A stretch of 64,000 bases of DNA from the human T2T-CHM13v2.0 reference genome, Homo sapiens. Made by a program: the position numbers and the translations under genes. Position 1 is the stretch's first letter; each line of letters starts with the position of its first letter. Location of the stretch: NCBI RefSeq assembly GCF_009914755.1, contig NC_060928.1; one strand, 5' to 3'. The notes beneath the pieces were generated by a model, which saw nothing but the letters and a program-made list of their open reading frames with translations, was not told the origin of the DNA and made no database searches. Below are positions 20,456 to 36,780 of this stretch, one piece after another.

Positions 20456-21717
20456 CTAGTACTTTTTCAGTGATGGATGCCATTCTTAATAATCAAGTAC
20501 AATCTATATATTAAGCTGCTAGGAAAAATCTAATAGATTTTGGGTAATTAAAAATCACAGAATTTCAGAGCTAATCTTTCTTGGTGACCCTAGAGGTCAT
20601 CTTGTCCAGACTACTTGTTAGAGAGGAAAAGATCAAGGTGCAATATATTTAACTGACTCGCCCAAGGTCACACAAAGAGTTAAAAATATGGTTCCAATGA
20701 CTCCTGGTCAAATGTTCTTTGTTGTTGCTTGATGTGCAAAATTACTTTTGGAAAGGGGAGGCTAATTTAATTTTTATCAATGGAACATGTACATATTTTT
20801 AAAAATAAAATGATTTCATAACACTTAAAAAGCAGCAGTCTCCTGCCCTTCCCCTGTGCATCTCTGAATTTCAGTGTCCAGAGGGAAACATGCTTAACTT
20901 CTAACACTAATATTATTATTCTATTGTTTGATAGACTACTCTTTGTTGTATGATAGTTTATGTTTCAGCGCACACATCTTAAGTGTGTGAGAGGATTCCA
21001 TTTTAGTCATTTAAACAGTACATAATTTTCATTTAAATGGTACAGGTGAAACAACAGATTACTGGTGATCCTGTTGCCATATGTAAGATAGGACTTTTAA
21101 CTAATTTAATTGATTTTCATGTGTGATTTATGGAATGCCTTATTTCTTTACAGTTGAATACTGGTTGCAAGGGATTTGTGGTTTCATAAATACATATTTT
21201 CAGAGAAAACAAACTTGAATTTTACATTGCACATATTTTTTTTCTGAGCATTAAAAATATAAAAGATTAAACTAAAAAATTTCCAAAGTTTCTAATATTT
21301 TAATTAAAGGGAATAAAAGTGTCTTATAATTAATAAAATTCTGTTATAAATAAGTTAACAAAGAAACCACATATAGCAAATAATTTTCATTTTGGTAGAC
21401 TATTAAATATACCACCAACTTGCCTTTGCCTTTTGAAGTGATGTTTATTTTAGCCATCTCACTATTTGCTTTGTAATCTGGAAATTCTTGAGATGGAAAT
21501 AACCAAAGAATTGAAGATAAGAAAACACCAAATAGTGAAGAAAATATTTTTATTCACCTGGACTCCATTGAATTTATAGGAAAATGTATAAATCTAAAAT
21601 CTAGTAATTGAAAATGCTATGGATATAGAGATATTATTTTTTAACGTAATTCTTTCCAATTTAAAATTACTTACGCATATGTCATTTGCGTAATGGATCA
21701 TAAGACTGGTTACTTAC

Positions 21718-21843
21718 ATGAGACAGGAAGCTGGCTGTAGACTGCGAAGATGGTACATTAGAATGAGAACGAGTAACAGATGCTGGCTGGAGAAGGCGTG
21801 GTTTCAATGAAGAATTTGAGGTGTATCCAGGGCCCTGAAGTTC
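21718..21843 (-). CDS. CCDC158: CCDC158 coding exon (ELQGPGYTSN...ASFLSH)
   Basis: tttccag acceptor, CAT|gtaagt donor, 126 nt; switch to Ser/Pro-rich tail. Confidence 0.94.
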
Positions 21844-22188
21844 CTGGAAAACAATATAGAGGTAAGCAAAATAACTGCCAGCCTACAATTATAAAGAAAT
21901 GTGAAATCAAAATGTATTTTTTGATTTCACAGGCAAAATCCATTATTGAGATTTTAAAATATGTCTGTAGCTTTAAAGTACACTTCTTAAAATAGACATA
22001 TATTTCAGTGTAAAATGTACGATTTAAAAAAAAAACGTTTTGTCATGTAGATTACATCACTTTTGCTATTCCCCAAACAAGCAAATATATTTGCACTTAG
22101 GGTTTTGTACTCGCTTGACTCCTGAGCATGGAAAACTCTTGCTTTGGGTATTCCCATGCAGGTACTCGTAAACTTCACTAGTACCTTC

Positions 22189-22236
22189 ACTCACCTATTT
22201 TAAACTCACCTATTTTAAACTCACCTATTTTAAACT
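22189..22236. repeat. 15-bp tandem repeat, 3.2 copies (actcacctattttaa)
   Basis: Three exact units. Confidence 0.95.
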
Positions 22237-22441
22237 AAGGATAGTGGTGCTTCTATTTGTTACCATATATGAAAAGGATAGGTATAGTATATAACAATGT
22301 ACACATCTTATCATTGCTATTAATAGTATCAAGTAATGTTGAAATATACTTGAATGTGTATCTAAGGTACACAAGAAAATATAAAAGCATATCAAAGAAC
22401 GGCATTATTTTCGCTTAAACTAATATTTATGATGACCTTAC

Positions 22442-22534
22442 TTTTATATCCAAAGTGTGTTGAAGTTTTAAGCGCACTGATTCTTGCTCCTGACGCTGTA
22501 TTATATCTTGACATTCTGCAAACTGCAAAGATGC
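22442..22534 (-). CDS. CCDC158: CCDC158 coding exon (ASLQFAECQD...HTLDIK)
   Basis: tttgtag acceptor, AAA|gtaagg donor, 93 nt. Confidence 0.94.
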
Positions 22535-22844
22535 CTACAAATGGAGCAATCATAAATGGTTTATCTTGCATTCTTTATGCACTTATATTTTATTAACCTA
22601 TGAATGCAGAGCTGCCATCTCTTCAAAAAATCTTCCTGCCCTTCTACCAAACTATATTACAATGATCTATTTATCTGTTTTATTTAGTGAACTGTGAGCA
22701 ACTGGAGGCCATGTTTTTATCCTCTATACCCCCAGCAAATACGTAACTTTTAGTATGTGAAGGGCAAACAATGAATGAACTAAGGATGGAATGAGCAAAC
22801 AGCTTTACCAAAGTATAAAAATTTATATTAAAATAACCATAACT

Positions 22845-23237
<393 letters not shown>

Positions 23238-23844
23238 TTATTGTATCTAACCATAAAGGCACTGTTTTCTTAGCAATCAAGGATGGTTTTGGTACAATTT
23301 TAGGCTTCCAGAGTTTCTAGGTGACAGGAAGGGAGATTTATTTCTCTACAATAAACGGCAATGACAAAAAGTATCACTGATCCTTCTCATTCTTTAAGCT
23401 ATGTTTCCTACATGCACCTTCTGGACCCCACAAAGTGCCAGCCATTAGCATTACTTTATCATTTTATTGACATTATTAACAGACTGTATTCTACCAAGTA
23501 CCCAAGTCACTTTTTGGTGGTAAATCAGGTGCTCATGGAGACCTTTTTACTTATTCATGTCACTATGGATATCAGGAACATCTTACATCTTTGATCTTAC
23601 TGCTCCTGTGACTATGTTAGCCTGAAAAAGAAAATTTGGCAAAAAGTATGCATTATGACCACATTTTAAAATTCAGAAACGCCTTCTCTAATAGGATAGG
23701 GTTTTCCTTTGTGCTAGGTGATTGGGATACAACACAAATTGATACATTCAGTTCCTGTCTACATAGAGCTTTTGTTCAGAACAATTCTATTTGGTTAATA
23801 ACTATTTAGTTGATAATTACTTCATATGTTTAGTTAATAATTAC

Positions 23845-24003
23845 CTTATCCAGAGCCACTTCCATATTAGTAACCTTTTCTTTCAAACGGCGTTCCTGAG
23901 ATCGCAGAACTTCCAACTCCCCAGCCATCTTGTTTTTTTCTGTGGCAACAGTACTCAATTCCTGACTGAGTTTACTTTTCTCTTCTTTCAGAAAATGTTT
24001 CTC
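23845..24003 (-). CDS. CCDC158: CCDC158 coding exon (EKHFLKEEKS...EVALDK)
   Basis: ttgtag acceptor, AAG|gtaatt donor, 159 nt. Confidence 0.94.
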
Positions 24004-26044
24004 CTACAATTATATGAGAGAAAAACATCAGAAATAACCTGTTGATGTAGATGCTGAAAGGTAATGGAAATATAAAATTCTTGTTTAAAGGACCCTGAAC
24101 TAGGTAAGTTTAATTTATATGCCATTTAATTGCTTCTGAGTTGTGGTTGGGAGCTGCTGGGAGTATGTTATTATGTACTCTCTCCTATTTTAATCATTGC
24201 TGGTATTATTACTTCTTTCTAGTCTTAATAAATCTTTGATAAAATCTACAAAATATGAAATAACTATATTGTCATAAAAAGACAGTGTTTTAGTGAATTA
24301 GGATCAAATAATCGTATATCAAATTTTACTAAAATTTATTTTAAACAACAGAGATTTTTAAAAGATGCATTACTTGAAAGTTTTATGGATTTCTATTTTG
24401 TTTCAAGGTTGAATATTCATTTCACAAATTCCTACTGCATACCTGCGACAGAAAAACAAATGGGACATATAGTTCCTGCGCTCAAGTCACTTAACAGCCC
24501 AATGATGACAGTGAGCTTACTGATACAATAGTCTCTGCTATTAAACAACATTTCATTAAAATTAGTTCATCCCTCCAAAAAAGCGCCATGGAATATGTAT
24601 ACAAAAATAATAAATGTATAGTTGTCAAGTTAAAATACATCAGTGCATTGAGTCTACATTTCTTTATGTATTTTTTCATAGTGAAAAACATTTATTGTAA
24701 ATAAGGTAGAAGGTGTTGCTACTGTAAAATGCAAAAAGTTTTCCTTTTCTGAGTAGATTAGGCAGAAAAGACTTCAGAAGGAAAGAGGAATTAATTGTAT
24801 AGGCTTTCTCCTTTTTGTTTGGAGGGAATATCTTAGAGCTACGATGAATATTTTCCTTTAGGCAAGGCAGGCATCTTTGTTGACAGCAGGCAGTAACCTC
24901 TTAAAGCCATAAGCGCCATCAGGAAGGATAAGCACTGCTTTAGGTTCCCAAAGGCAAAAAAAAAAAAAAAAAAAAAAGGAGAAAGAAAAAAGTGAATTCA
25001 GGATAAGAGAAAGGAAGGGAAGAAAAAATTGGAAAGAAGAAATAAGTCTATATGATAAGGGGTATGCACAAATGTAGGTTTATATTTGCTAATATTTAGC
25101 TGCAAATACTCTGAAGTATTTTGGCAGCTCATCATGGATAGTAAGTTAGCAATTACTTTGGTTGCACTTATTTTCTACTTGTCATTTACTTTTTCACCTC
25201 TATTATGGTCAGTTCTGTTATAAATCTTCTTCTGAAATAGACGCTTTTTCCAAAGTAATGGATATACCAGAGAATATTTGAGCATTAGGCAAACTTCATG
25301 GTTGCTTATTCGTGAATGAGTCTCATTCATGAGAACCACTAGGTCAAGGCAGAAAACTCAATCCAGCTAAACACAGCAGCATAGGAATACACAAGAAGCA
25401 TACATGCACACTCCTCAAACACCCACCTACCGGCGACCTCAGTTTTACCATGTGTTATGAACCACATCCATCCACATCCGGTGTTACAGGAAACTCTCCT
25501 CCTACTCCTCCACAATAACATACGAGCTGCATATATACTTAAGAAAACTTCAGGTCATTTTCAAGACAAAGAGCTATACTTATTGTTGTATTTATATATT
25601 TCTTAACAATTTAGTATGTGTAAAACTGCTATTGTTTTTATTAGGTTCCTATTATTTTATGTGTCACTAATAAAATTTGTTAGTGTGGTGCTCCTGATCC
25701 CATTGTTCCCATAAGCCCTGTGGTTTTTATTACACAATTTTGCATAGCACAGCGATTTTTACAAACATGTATGTCACATTATAATGGAACTCACTGTATT
25801 TTGTTTATAATCATTCCTTGCCTCTACCAAGAATGTTCTTTTTCCCATTTCCCACGTTTAAAATAGTAGCTGTCTTTCAACATCCTGCTCAAATGCTTTT
25901 CTAGGAACTTTTCCCTTGTTCTCTCACCTAGAAATAAGCTTTCCTTTTCCCCTTGCACTTGCATCTCTGCTTCATCTTATTCTGCCTCGTGGTCTGCCTG
26001 TGAGTGAACATGTTGGTTTCCCCACTCTGAGGACAGCAACCCAC

Positions 26045-26157
26045 CTTATTTGCATTTGTCATTGCCTCTTCCAAAAACTGTATCTTGCTCTGAAGGGCAT
26101 CTATCTGACCTCTTTTGGCTGTGATTTGCTTTTGCATCCCCATTGCCACTTTCATAG
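26045..26157 (-). CDS. CCDC158: CCDC158 coding exon (MKVAMGMQKQ...MTNANK)
   Basis: ttttccag acceptor, AAG|gtgggt donor, 113 nt; within ORF 25928..26155. Confidence 0.95.
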
Positions 26158-26517
26158 CTGGAAAAAAAAAAGAGGCAAACTATGCCTTAGGTTCTTAAGT
26201 TTGAGAGACTATGGTAATTTGATGGTTAAACTTTATGAGAAGGTGACAAGTAAGATCCTCCAAGGTATCTGGGCAGTTTCAAGGAAAAGATCATGGACGA
26301 ATGTCTTCGGTTTTTATAATGTTGGAATATAATAACTTTTAACTACTACTAGAGATTTTTAGCTGGGAAACATACATATAATCATGTTTTGTAGGGTTTT
26401 TGCCACTGGGATTAATTTCATTGACCATGATACGTTGCCAGCTTTCCAGTAATAACAATAACATTGACTAAACTCATACTTACCCATGTAGGGAAATATA
26501 TAATATATAATATATGT

Positions 26518-26519
<2 letters not shown>

Positions 26520-26558
<39 letters not shown>
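26520..26558. repeat. (TG)n microsatellite
   Basis: About 19 uninterrupted GT units. Confidence 0.95.
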
Positions 26559-26562
<4 letters not shown>

Positions 26563-27338
26563 CATGGGGGGTGTCACATAAATAATAATATATATTGTAT
26601 TATTACTAAAATGATTTTTCAAGAACCTCATACTTAAAATACTGCACAAGACATCTAGTGTATCTTTTAAAGGGTCCAGTGATATCACAAACCCTTCAAT
26701 TTTTATTCTCATGATTGTTGTCATGTGCTTGGAACTCACTACCATCTCAGTAGCCAAACTGCCAGCATAAGCATATCTGATTTTTTCTCTTATAGTCAGC
26801 TGAGGAAAAAGGATTGAAAATGCCACAGCTTTGAGTCCAGTCTGGCTATAACTTAGAGGTTAAAAAGAAAAATGAAAATATACCATTCATTATAAACAAG
26901 CTATCAGAATGAAAGGTCTGACTTCTCATTAACAAGATACAGTTCTTCTATCTAAACTGTCAAAACAGGGTTAAACTGACACTGTATATTGATTTATTAA
27001 TAGGGTAAAAGTCTGACATCATTTGCTCACCACTTTGAAGAATTATGGTCTGATTAAGTGGATCATGGTTGGCCTTGAAAGGAAATTTTCTAAAACGAAT
27101 GTTTTTTTTTTATTTTAAGCTGATTTAATAAATAGAAACAAGAATTTGAATGAGAACACAAGGGTTCTCTAGGTAACTTAATAATTGTAATGTCCCTGGG
27201 GTGGTTGTGAAGATGCCCAACAGTGAGGCTGGGTTGCTGTCTGGGGAGCAGGGGCAGCAGACCCCAAAAGACCTCTCGAGTGACTTCTCCAAACCCAACA
27301 AGTTTATCTGTGTTAACCAGCAAAGGGCCAAACCACAC

Positions 27339-27443
27339 AAAATATGAAACACATCAAGAATTTGTGGTCGTCCTTGCACAGAGACTATGGTAATCTTCTT
27401 TATATCGTTCTAATTTTAGTATAAGTGCGGCCAAAGCGAGCAC
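27339..27443 (-). pseudogene. Full-length U6 snRNA retrocopy
   Basis: Reverse complement reads GTGCTCGCTTTGGCCGCAC...CATATTTT; about 18 differences over 106 nt versus recalled U6. Confidence 0.93.
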
Positions 27444-28101
27444 AAAAATAAATCTTCTGACATTAAAAAATATTGAGAAATGGAAAAGTATATACTTTAA
27501 TTAGATAAATATTAATTTTTATGGTCAGCTAATATGGTCATGTCAACAATTATATGAATAACATGAACTGGAAGATAACCTCTTTATCTCTCTGCATTAG
27601 TATGGGCAGCAAGGTAAAAGGGGAATAAATCTGGGTGGTGAGAAGGTCCCCTCACCTAACAATTCAATTTCCAGGATTCCTTCCCATTTTTATCACGGTG
27701 AAGCAATCAAGAACTGCCAACTAGCCAGGGACCTACAGTTTATATAGTGTACATGTTGAAAAATAAAGGATTGAATGGAAATTACAGGTAACTTGTATTT
27801 ATATCCTTAAAAATAATTACTTGACATTAATAGATACTGAGATCTGTTAGAAATTACTGAAATAGCCACTAGAAAGGAAAGATTCAGATAGTTTAGGGAT
27901 TAAATTAACTCCATGGCAATTTCCTAAAAACAATTAACTACTGCTACATAACCTCCATCATTAATACCTACTATTGTATATTTCTCACATCATTTAGCAC
28001 TGTGAAGAGGTGGTAGGTAACGTATTTGAGTTTCTGTTTTAACAAATTTAGTCCATTAAATTAAAAACAGAAGAAAAAATTTTAAATCTAACAGAGCATA
28101 C

Positions 28102-28254
28102 CATGACCATCAGATCCTTCCATTGACTTTAATGTATTTCTTGTCTGTTCTAGTTCAGACTGTGCAGATTTTAATTGCATTTTCAACTTATTTGTAGTCA
28201 TTTCCATTTCTTCACTTTTGTTTCGGAAATTCCTTTTTAAGACTTCATACTCCT
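28102..28254 (-). CDS. CCDC158: CCDC158 coding exon (EYEVLKRNFR...EGSDGH-A)
   Basis: gtatag acceptor, ATG|gtatgc donor, 153 nt, phase 1/1. Confidence 0.94.
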
Positions 28255-28799
28255 CTATACAATGTGATAATCAATAATAGATGGTTACTTTTTTCTATCC
28301 CATTGTTAATTAAGTATATTTTATTTGTAATTAATGATCACAGAATTTTAGAACTGGAAGAGAAGTCATTTAATTACATCTTCCTTTGTTACAGAAATGA
28401 GATGTACATACACAATTCCAGGGATATGACCCTTTCTTTTTAATCTGCTTGGGTGGATCCTATTCCTCCTCTACCCACTTATTACTCATTGTTTTTTCCC
28501 AAACATTATAATTAGTTTGCAGTTATCTCATCTTAAACCTTCTTCTTGGATGACCGTGTTCACTAGAGTAGATTTAACCACCATCTGCTGGTAGATGAAT
28601 CTCCATGACACTATAAGTAACCTGAGGCTGCCATCTGTCTTATCTGACTTATCTCCAGTATCTGTGAAAATACTTGGCACAAACTCATCATTTGATATAC
28701 TACAATACACACATGTGTGCACACACACACACACACACATATTTATTTATATGTATCTATTTATATGATTAGATTTATATAGAAAAGGATCAAAGCTCC

Positions 28800-29620
28800 A
28801 GCTCCATTTGTCCAGACATCTCCATGTAGATGTCCTCGTGCCACCTGAAACCAACTGCCTCACAGTGCCTACATCTCATCCTCCAGCCCTCAAGCCTGCC
28901 TTTCCTTCTGGTTCCCTCTCCCAGTTGCTTACATTGCTTTTCCAATACCACAAACTAAAATCCTGAAACCTACACTTAATCCCTCCAACCACTAAGTGCT
29001 GTTGATTTAACCTCCAAAAATATCCTTAATTCTTTCCTTCCATTCTCACTGCCACTGCCTTAATTCAAGTCCTCATTCTATTTATCTGGGACGACTGCAA
29101 AAATCCTCCTTAACTGCTTGGTCTGCTTTTCTTTTCTCTAATTTACTTACTGACACAGTCCATCTAAAATCTGACAAAAAATCTCCTACTTAATATCTTT
29201 TGTGGGCTCCACATTACCCGGCTCTACCTATCTATTCTGCCTTATTTCTTAGCCCTCATTCGTTTCACTTTTGCTCCAGCTAATACTTCTGAGGTCACAT
29301 TTTGATATTTCATGGCTTCATGCATTTGCCCATAATGTTCTCTCTGCCTGGAATGTCCCTTGCACCCCTTTTTCACCTGCTGAATTCCTTTTCCTCTTTC
29401 AAACCCAGTACAGATGTCACTTCCTACAGGAGGTAAATTCTGTATCCTCTGTGCTATCTTTGTACTCAATACACTTTCACTGTGCCTCACACACTGGTTA
29501 TTCACCCATTTCTATCTAGGTTTATCTCCCTACTAGACTGTGAGCTTCATTGTGGGGTTTCCAGGTTCTACCACAGTGTCTTGCATAGTAAATGCTCAGT
29601 AACTTCTGACTTTATGAAGT
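28800..29620 (+). mobile_element. L2 remnant; other L2 pieces at ~2330-2590, ~33340-34700 and ~40990-41420
   Basis: ctagactgtgagcttcat..tgcatagtaaatgctcagtaa L2 3'-end motif with pyrimidine-rich body. Confidence 0.6.
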
Positions 29621-29641
29621 ACATGATACTTCATACCATAC

Positions 29642-32394
<2,753 letters not shown>

Positions 32395-32853
32395 TTAATA
32401 TAAGGCCATGGATTTTTCCTGTCAATAAATTCACATGTCTATTTTCACATGTCACTTCATTAGTAAACTTCTAATCAAGCTATTTGACTCCAAGGACTCA
32501 AGGTTTTCCACTTTCATAAACACAAAACTGTGCAGACAATGTGATTTATGTGAACACCTGTTTTCCTTTTGGAAGCCTGGACTCTGGACACCTCACACTT
32601 CTCTTAGAAATTCAGTACAGAATTTCCAGTACACTGAGGGCTGACTAAAGTTAAGGTCAGTAAGTGTAAGATGTGGGAACTCTTCATGAAAACTATGAGA
32701 TTTCATGCTATGAATAACTCCATGGGGGCAGCATAACTATTCATGTTTGTCATGTGAGTGAGACACCCTTCTTTTGCAATTGTGCTAGGGTCTACATTGG
32801 CTTCACTGCTAAGACTCTTATTTTTTAGTAGGATTTGTGCTGAAGCAACATAC

Positions 32854-33043
32854 CTGAAAGATTGTTTAATTCACTCCTACTTGTTTTCACCTCATTTAAT
32901 AATTGATCTCTCTCTTGTTTGATGTCCTTCACTGCACGGAGCCGCTCAGAGCCTGCATTCACCAGCTTCACCTTTTCCAGCTCCAAGTCACTCACTCTGG
33001 CCTCAAGCTCCCGGATCTTTGCATCTTTTTTATCTTTTAATAT
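32854..33043 (-). CDS. CCDC158: CCDC158 coding exon (ILKDKKDAKI...ELNNLS-E)
   Basis: atttag acceptor, CAG|gtatgt donor, 190 nt. Confidence 0.94.
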
Positions 33044-33417
33044 CTAAATATATGGATAAATACAAAGGATAGAGAAGTAAAAAATATGTACATGTATAGT
33101 TATAATTGATAGCTGCTAACACAGTCCTAAAATCTGACAACAGTCTCCTACTTAATATCCTTTTCTGCCTCCTATCTGTATTCCATCTATATTTATTATC
33201 TTTTCATTACTTCCCAGGACACTAAATTTGTATTTTATTATAAAGCATCAATAGAAAGTGGGAAAATATTTCACTTTCTTTTAACCTTAGATGTCAATTC
33301 CTAGTATTGCTTGCAACAACCCTTCATTATTCCTATTCTATCTCCATTCACTCAAAAAATACATATTAAGAACCTTCTTTGTGGCAGGAACTATTTTACA
33401 AGCAAGGGATATAGAAG

Positions 33418-33508
33418 CAGGGCTATGACTAGGGTAATGCAAGTGAAGCAGCTAGGTGAGGGCCTCTAACCTGGGCACCTCAGTTACCTCACCCTAGTCC
33501 TGGCCCTG
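33418..33508. mobile_element. Short palindromic hAT MITE (MER96-like)
   Basis: Imperfect inverted arms cagggctatgactagggtaatgcaagtgaagc / cctcagttacctcaccctagtcctggccctg. Confidence 0.65.
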
Positions 33509-33681
33509 GATAGCAATAAACAAAACAATGTCTTTGTCTTCATGTCCTCCTCTAGTAAGAAGAGAAGAAAACAAACAAATATTTAATATGTCAGGTAAGA
33601 GAAGTGGCAAGAATAATAATAAAAGCAGGTGAGGGGTACAGAATGAATGCAAGGGAGGGGTTGCTACTTGAGGTAAGCTGG

Positions 33682-34246
33682 TGTGCAGAAAGAGTTCACA
33701 TAGCAGGTTTGGGTGCTCTCCTCAAAAAGGCCGCTTACAAGGTTGGCCCTTGACTGTCGTCTGGGAACTTGGATTTTGGGAGGGTTCCCACCACCCTAAT
33801 AAGAGTGGCTCAGTGTGCCTAAACTGTTTGTGCAAACAATGTGTTCATGCTGAACCCCTGCTTTCCTTCTGGGAACGTGGAATCTGGATACCTGCCAGGT
33901 AGAGGGGCCTATGGGACCAAACTCCAATATAAAAACCCGGGCACTGAGGCTTTAATGAGCTTCTCTGGTTAGCAGCACTTGACAGATGTTGTCACTGTGT
34001 CTTGCTGGGGCAGGGGGTGGAGTAGGAAGTAAGCATGTCCTGCATAACTCTACTCGGAGAAGGCTCTTGGAAGCTCATGCCTGGCTTTCTCTGGATTTTG
34101 CCCCGTGTGCCTTTTCCTTTTGCTGATTTTGCTTTGTATCCTTTCACTGTAATAAATCCTAGCCTTGTGTATGATTATATGCTGAGTCTGGCGAGTCCTC
34201 CTAGGGAATCATCAAACCTGGGGTCGGTCTTGGGGACCCTGCCACA
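33682..34246 (+). mobile_element. Solo LTR (MER68/MER21-like) inserted in an L2
   Basis: TG...CA ends (tgtgcagaaagagttcacatagcagg ... ccctgccaca), internal AATAAA, 5-bp TSD-like gctgg/gttgg. Confidence 0.75.
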
Positions 34247-35129
34247 GTTGGCAAGGAAAGGCCTCTCTGATGATGTAACATCTAAGCAGATGCTCCTTGT
34301 GCTCCTGAGCATAAGGACAAGACACGTGGACAGTCTGGGAAGAGCTCTGTGTACAGGTAACGTGTCTGGGGAAGAGCAGGGACATCAGTAGGGCTGGAGT
34401 GAAGTGAGCTTGGGGTAAGCAGGAGATGAAGTCAGAGAGGGGCCAAGGGAATGATCAGGTTGCTCAGAGGCAATGTAAGAACTTGAGCATGCATTGTGAG
34501 TGAGTCAGGAAGTCATTGGACAGTTTTGAGTATGAGAGTGATGTAGTGTAACAATTTAAAAATACAACTCTGGCTCTGGTATGAAGGAAAACAGTGGTTG
34601 GCGTGGGGGTAGGGGGAGAAGCATGGAGACCAGTGAGAAGGCAACTGGAAGAGCAAACAAGAGAGGTGGGAGCTTAGACTGGGGTGGTTTGTGGTGGTGA
34701 AAGTATCTGGTCCTTTGACTAGGGTAGGGAATGTGAATATGGCAACTCTAATTCGGCGTTTCCAACTAACTGTCAGAAACCCCCAGCATGGCATGCTTCT
34801 GCAAACTCTGACTCAAACATTCCTATTCCTTCTTCACAGAGGGCCTTCCCCTACAATCCTTTCTGACTCTTCTCTGTTAGAGGCACTACCATGTTGCCAG
34901 TCTAAGTTTGAACTCACAAAGTCACCATGTCTTTCCCTGTCCCTCGCCCCTCATACCCAATTGTTGATCAAATCCTGCCCAACCTGCAGGTCTGGACTGC
35001 CATCACTTTGCATATGGATTGCCACAGTGCCTCCTAACTGGTCTCTATCTGTGTTGGTAAGGCTTCCTAGGAGGACCCCTCTCTTCCCAGGGTGTAGGTC
35101 TGTGTCGTCTAACACAATACCTGCACATG

Positions 35130-35395
35130 ACTCTGGAGCACCTGGAATGTGGCCAAACTAAGTTATGTGCTGTAAGTGTGAAATATACACCAGATTTCAA
35201 AGACTTTGTATAAAAATAGAATATAAAATATCTTGGTGATCTGTTGTATTGATTATAATATTAAAAACACTATATTTTGAATATGAGTTAAATAACATGT
35301 TATTAAAATTAATTTCACATTTCTTTTAAGTGTCTACTAGAAAACTTAAAATTATATATGTCACTTACACTGTATTTCTGGTGGACAGAACTGAC
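35130..35395. mobile_element. MER3/MER33-like hAT MITE
   Basis: gagcacctggaatgtggcc ... gtatttctggtggacagaactg. Confidence 0.55.
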
Positions 35396-36449
35396 CTAGA
35401 TCCTTCCGAATAAGTGACATTTGAAAAAAATATTGACTTTCTTTGGTCATCAGATTGTTTCCCCAAATTATCGCCCTACTGGCCTTAGTATCCTGGCAGA
35501 TGCAATTTGACTGCTATAGCAGCAGTTTAACTGTGGAGACCAATGATACATCTGAAATATAGCCACATGACAAGCTTTTGGCTGTTCAAAAAGGATTGGT
35601 GGGGAGCCCCAGGCTTGTCTCACTGCCCGCCTGTGATGGGTTTGGGCAGTAAAGGCCCTAATCTGGGCTATCTGATCTCTGCCTAGCCACTCCTGGCAAC
35701 TGTCACACTAAATCCAGCTGACCTCATGCAGTAAGGGACGGGGAGGGCTTTCCCTGGGACAACCTGAGGCATCACAACACACATAGGACGAGTGCTGCTC
35801 CTGTTCCACCTCTTGAGGCCAGCTGATAGAATTCAGTCCTTTCTTAGTCTTATTATTTATTTGTTTTTAAGAAAGGTCTAGCTCTGGGGACCCACAGTTA
35901 TTGAAATAAAAGTCACTCTGCTTCTCTGCTGTCAATGTGTGCAGTACCCACTCTGAAGAGGGGACAGAAACCAGGAGAGAAACCATACCTTCTACAGCTA
36001 TGATTCCCCCACCTTTTTTTCTTATCAGATCACAGAGGGAAGTGGATGTGGCATTAGGACTTGAGTTTTAAACTTATGTTCTTTGTGTCTGTGTGAAACT
36101 CTAATTACCTAGGAAATTATTCCCTGAAGCTGCTCCAGCTCCATATTTAGGAACTGAAAATTAGTTTTACTCTCTCCAAGCCACTTCTGCATACTGATGC
36201 CAGATTAATCCACTTCCAACACTGTCTTCTTCATTTTACCCCCTCCTTCCTACCCCTAAACCTTTAATGTCTCCCACACCATCTCTAGGCTAAATTACAG
36301 ACTAGGCTTCTTCCCGGGCTTGGAATGCCATCCTTCCTTCTCTTTGCCTAGTTTTTGCCCATTTCAGGTTCCCAGCTCTCTCTGAAGCTTTCACTGGCCC
36401 TCTAGTCAGGAGCTCCACATTCCTTTGAGGCACTAACACAGATCCTGAT

Positions 36450-36780
36450 GGATGCTCTCAGGACCAGCAGTATCCACGTCATCTGGCAACTTGTTCAGAA
36501 ACATCAAATCTCACACCCCATCCTAGACCTACTGAGTCAGAAACTCTGGGAGCAGGCCAGCAGTCCATGCTTTAAAAAGCCCTCCAGGCGATTCCGGTTC
36601 TCACTGAGAACCACTGCACAGTAACATCTACTTAGGCTGCCTAGGTTCAAACCACAAGGTAGTGCTGCTCTCCAGAAAGTTAAACTCTCTGTGTCTCAGT
36701 TTCCTCAGCTGTAAAATGGGATAATAATAGTGCCTCCCTCATAAGGTTTTGTGAGGATTAAATTGATTTAAGTTTTAGAG
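36450..36780. mobile_element. MER5A-like MITE followed by a MIR
   Basis: cccatcctagacctactgagtcagaaactctggg; tctctgtgtctcagtttcctcagctgtaaaatgggataataat. Confidence 0.7.

Noticed and set aside
23790-23844. Degenerate duplication of the donor-proximal sequence (VNNYL x3 ORF)
   Set aside because: Short AT-rich slippage; the duplicate donor is weaker and would add a stop
25916-26332. Plus-strand ORFs over exons (also 4669, 21780, 23791, 38070, 40117)
   Set aside because: Antisense shadows of CCDC158 exons
26359-26826. 155-aa ORF with a TH repeat
   Set aside because: Reads through a (TG)n microsatellite; low complexity
34691-35161. 156-aa ORF
   Set aside because: Non-ATG start, crosses L2/MER remnants, no splice or domain support
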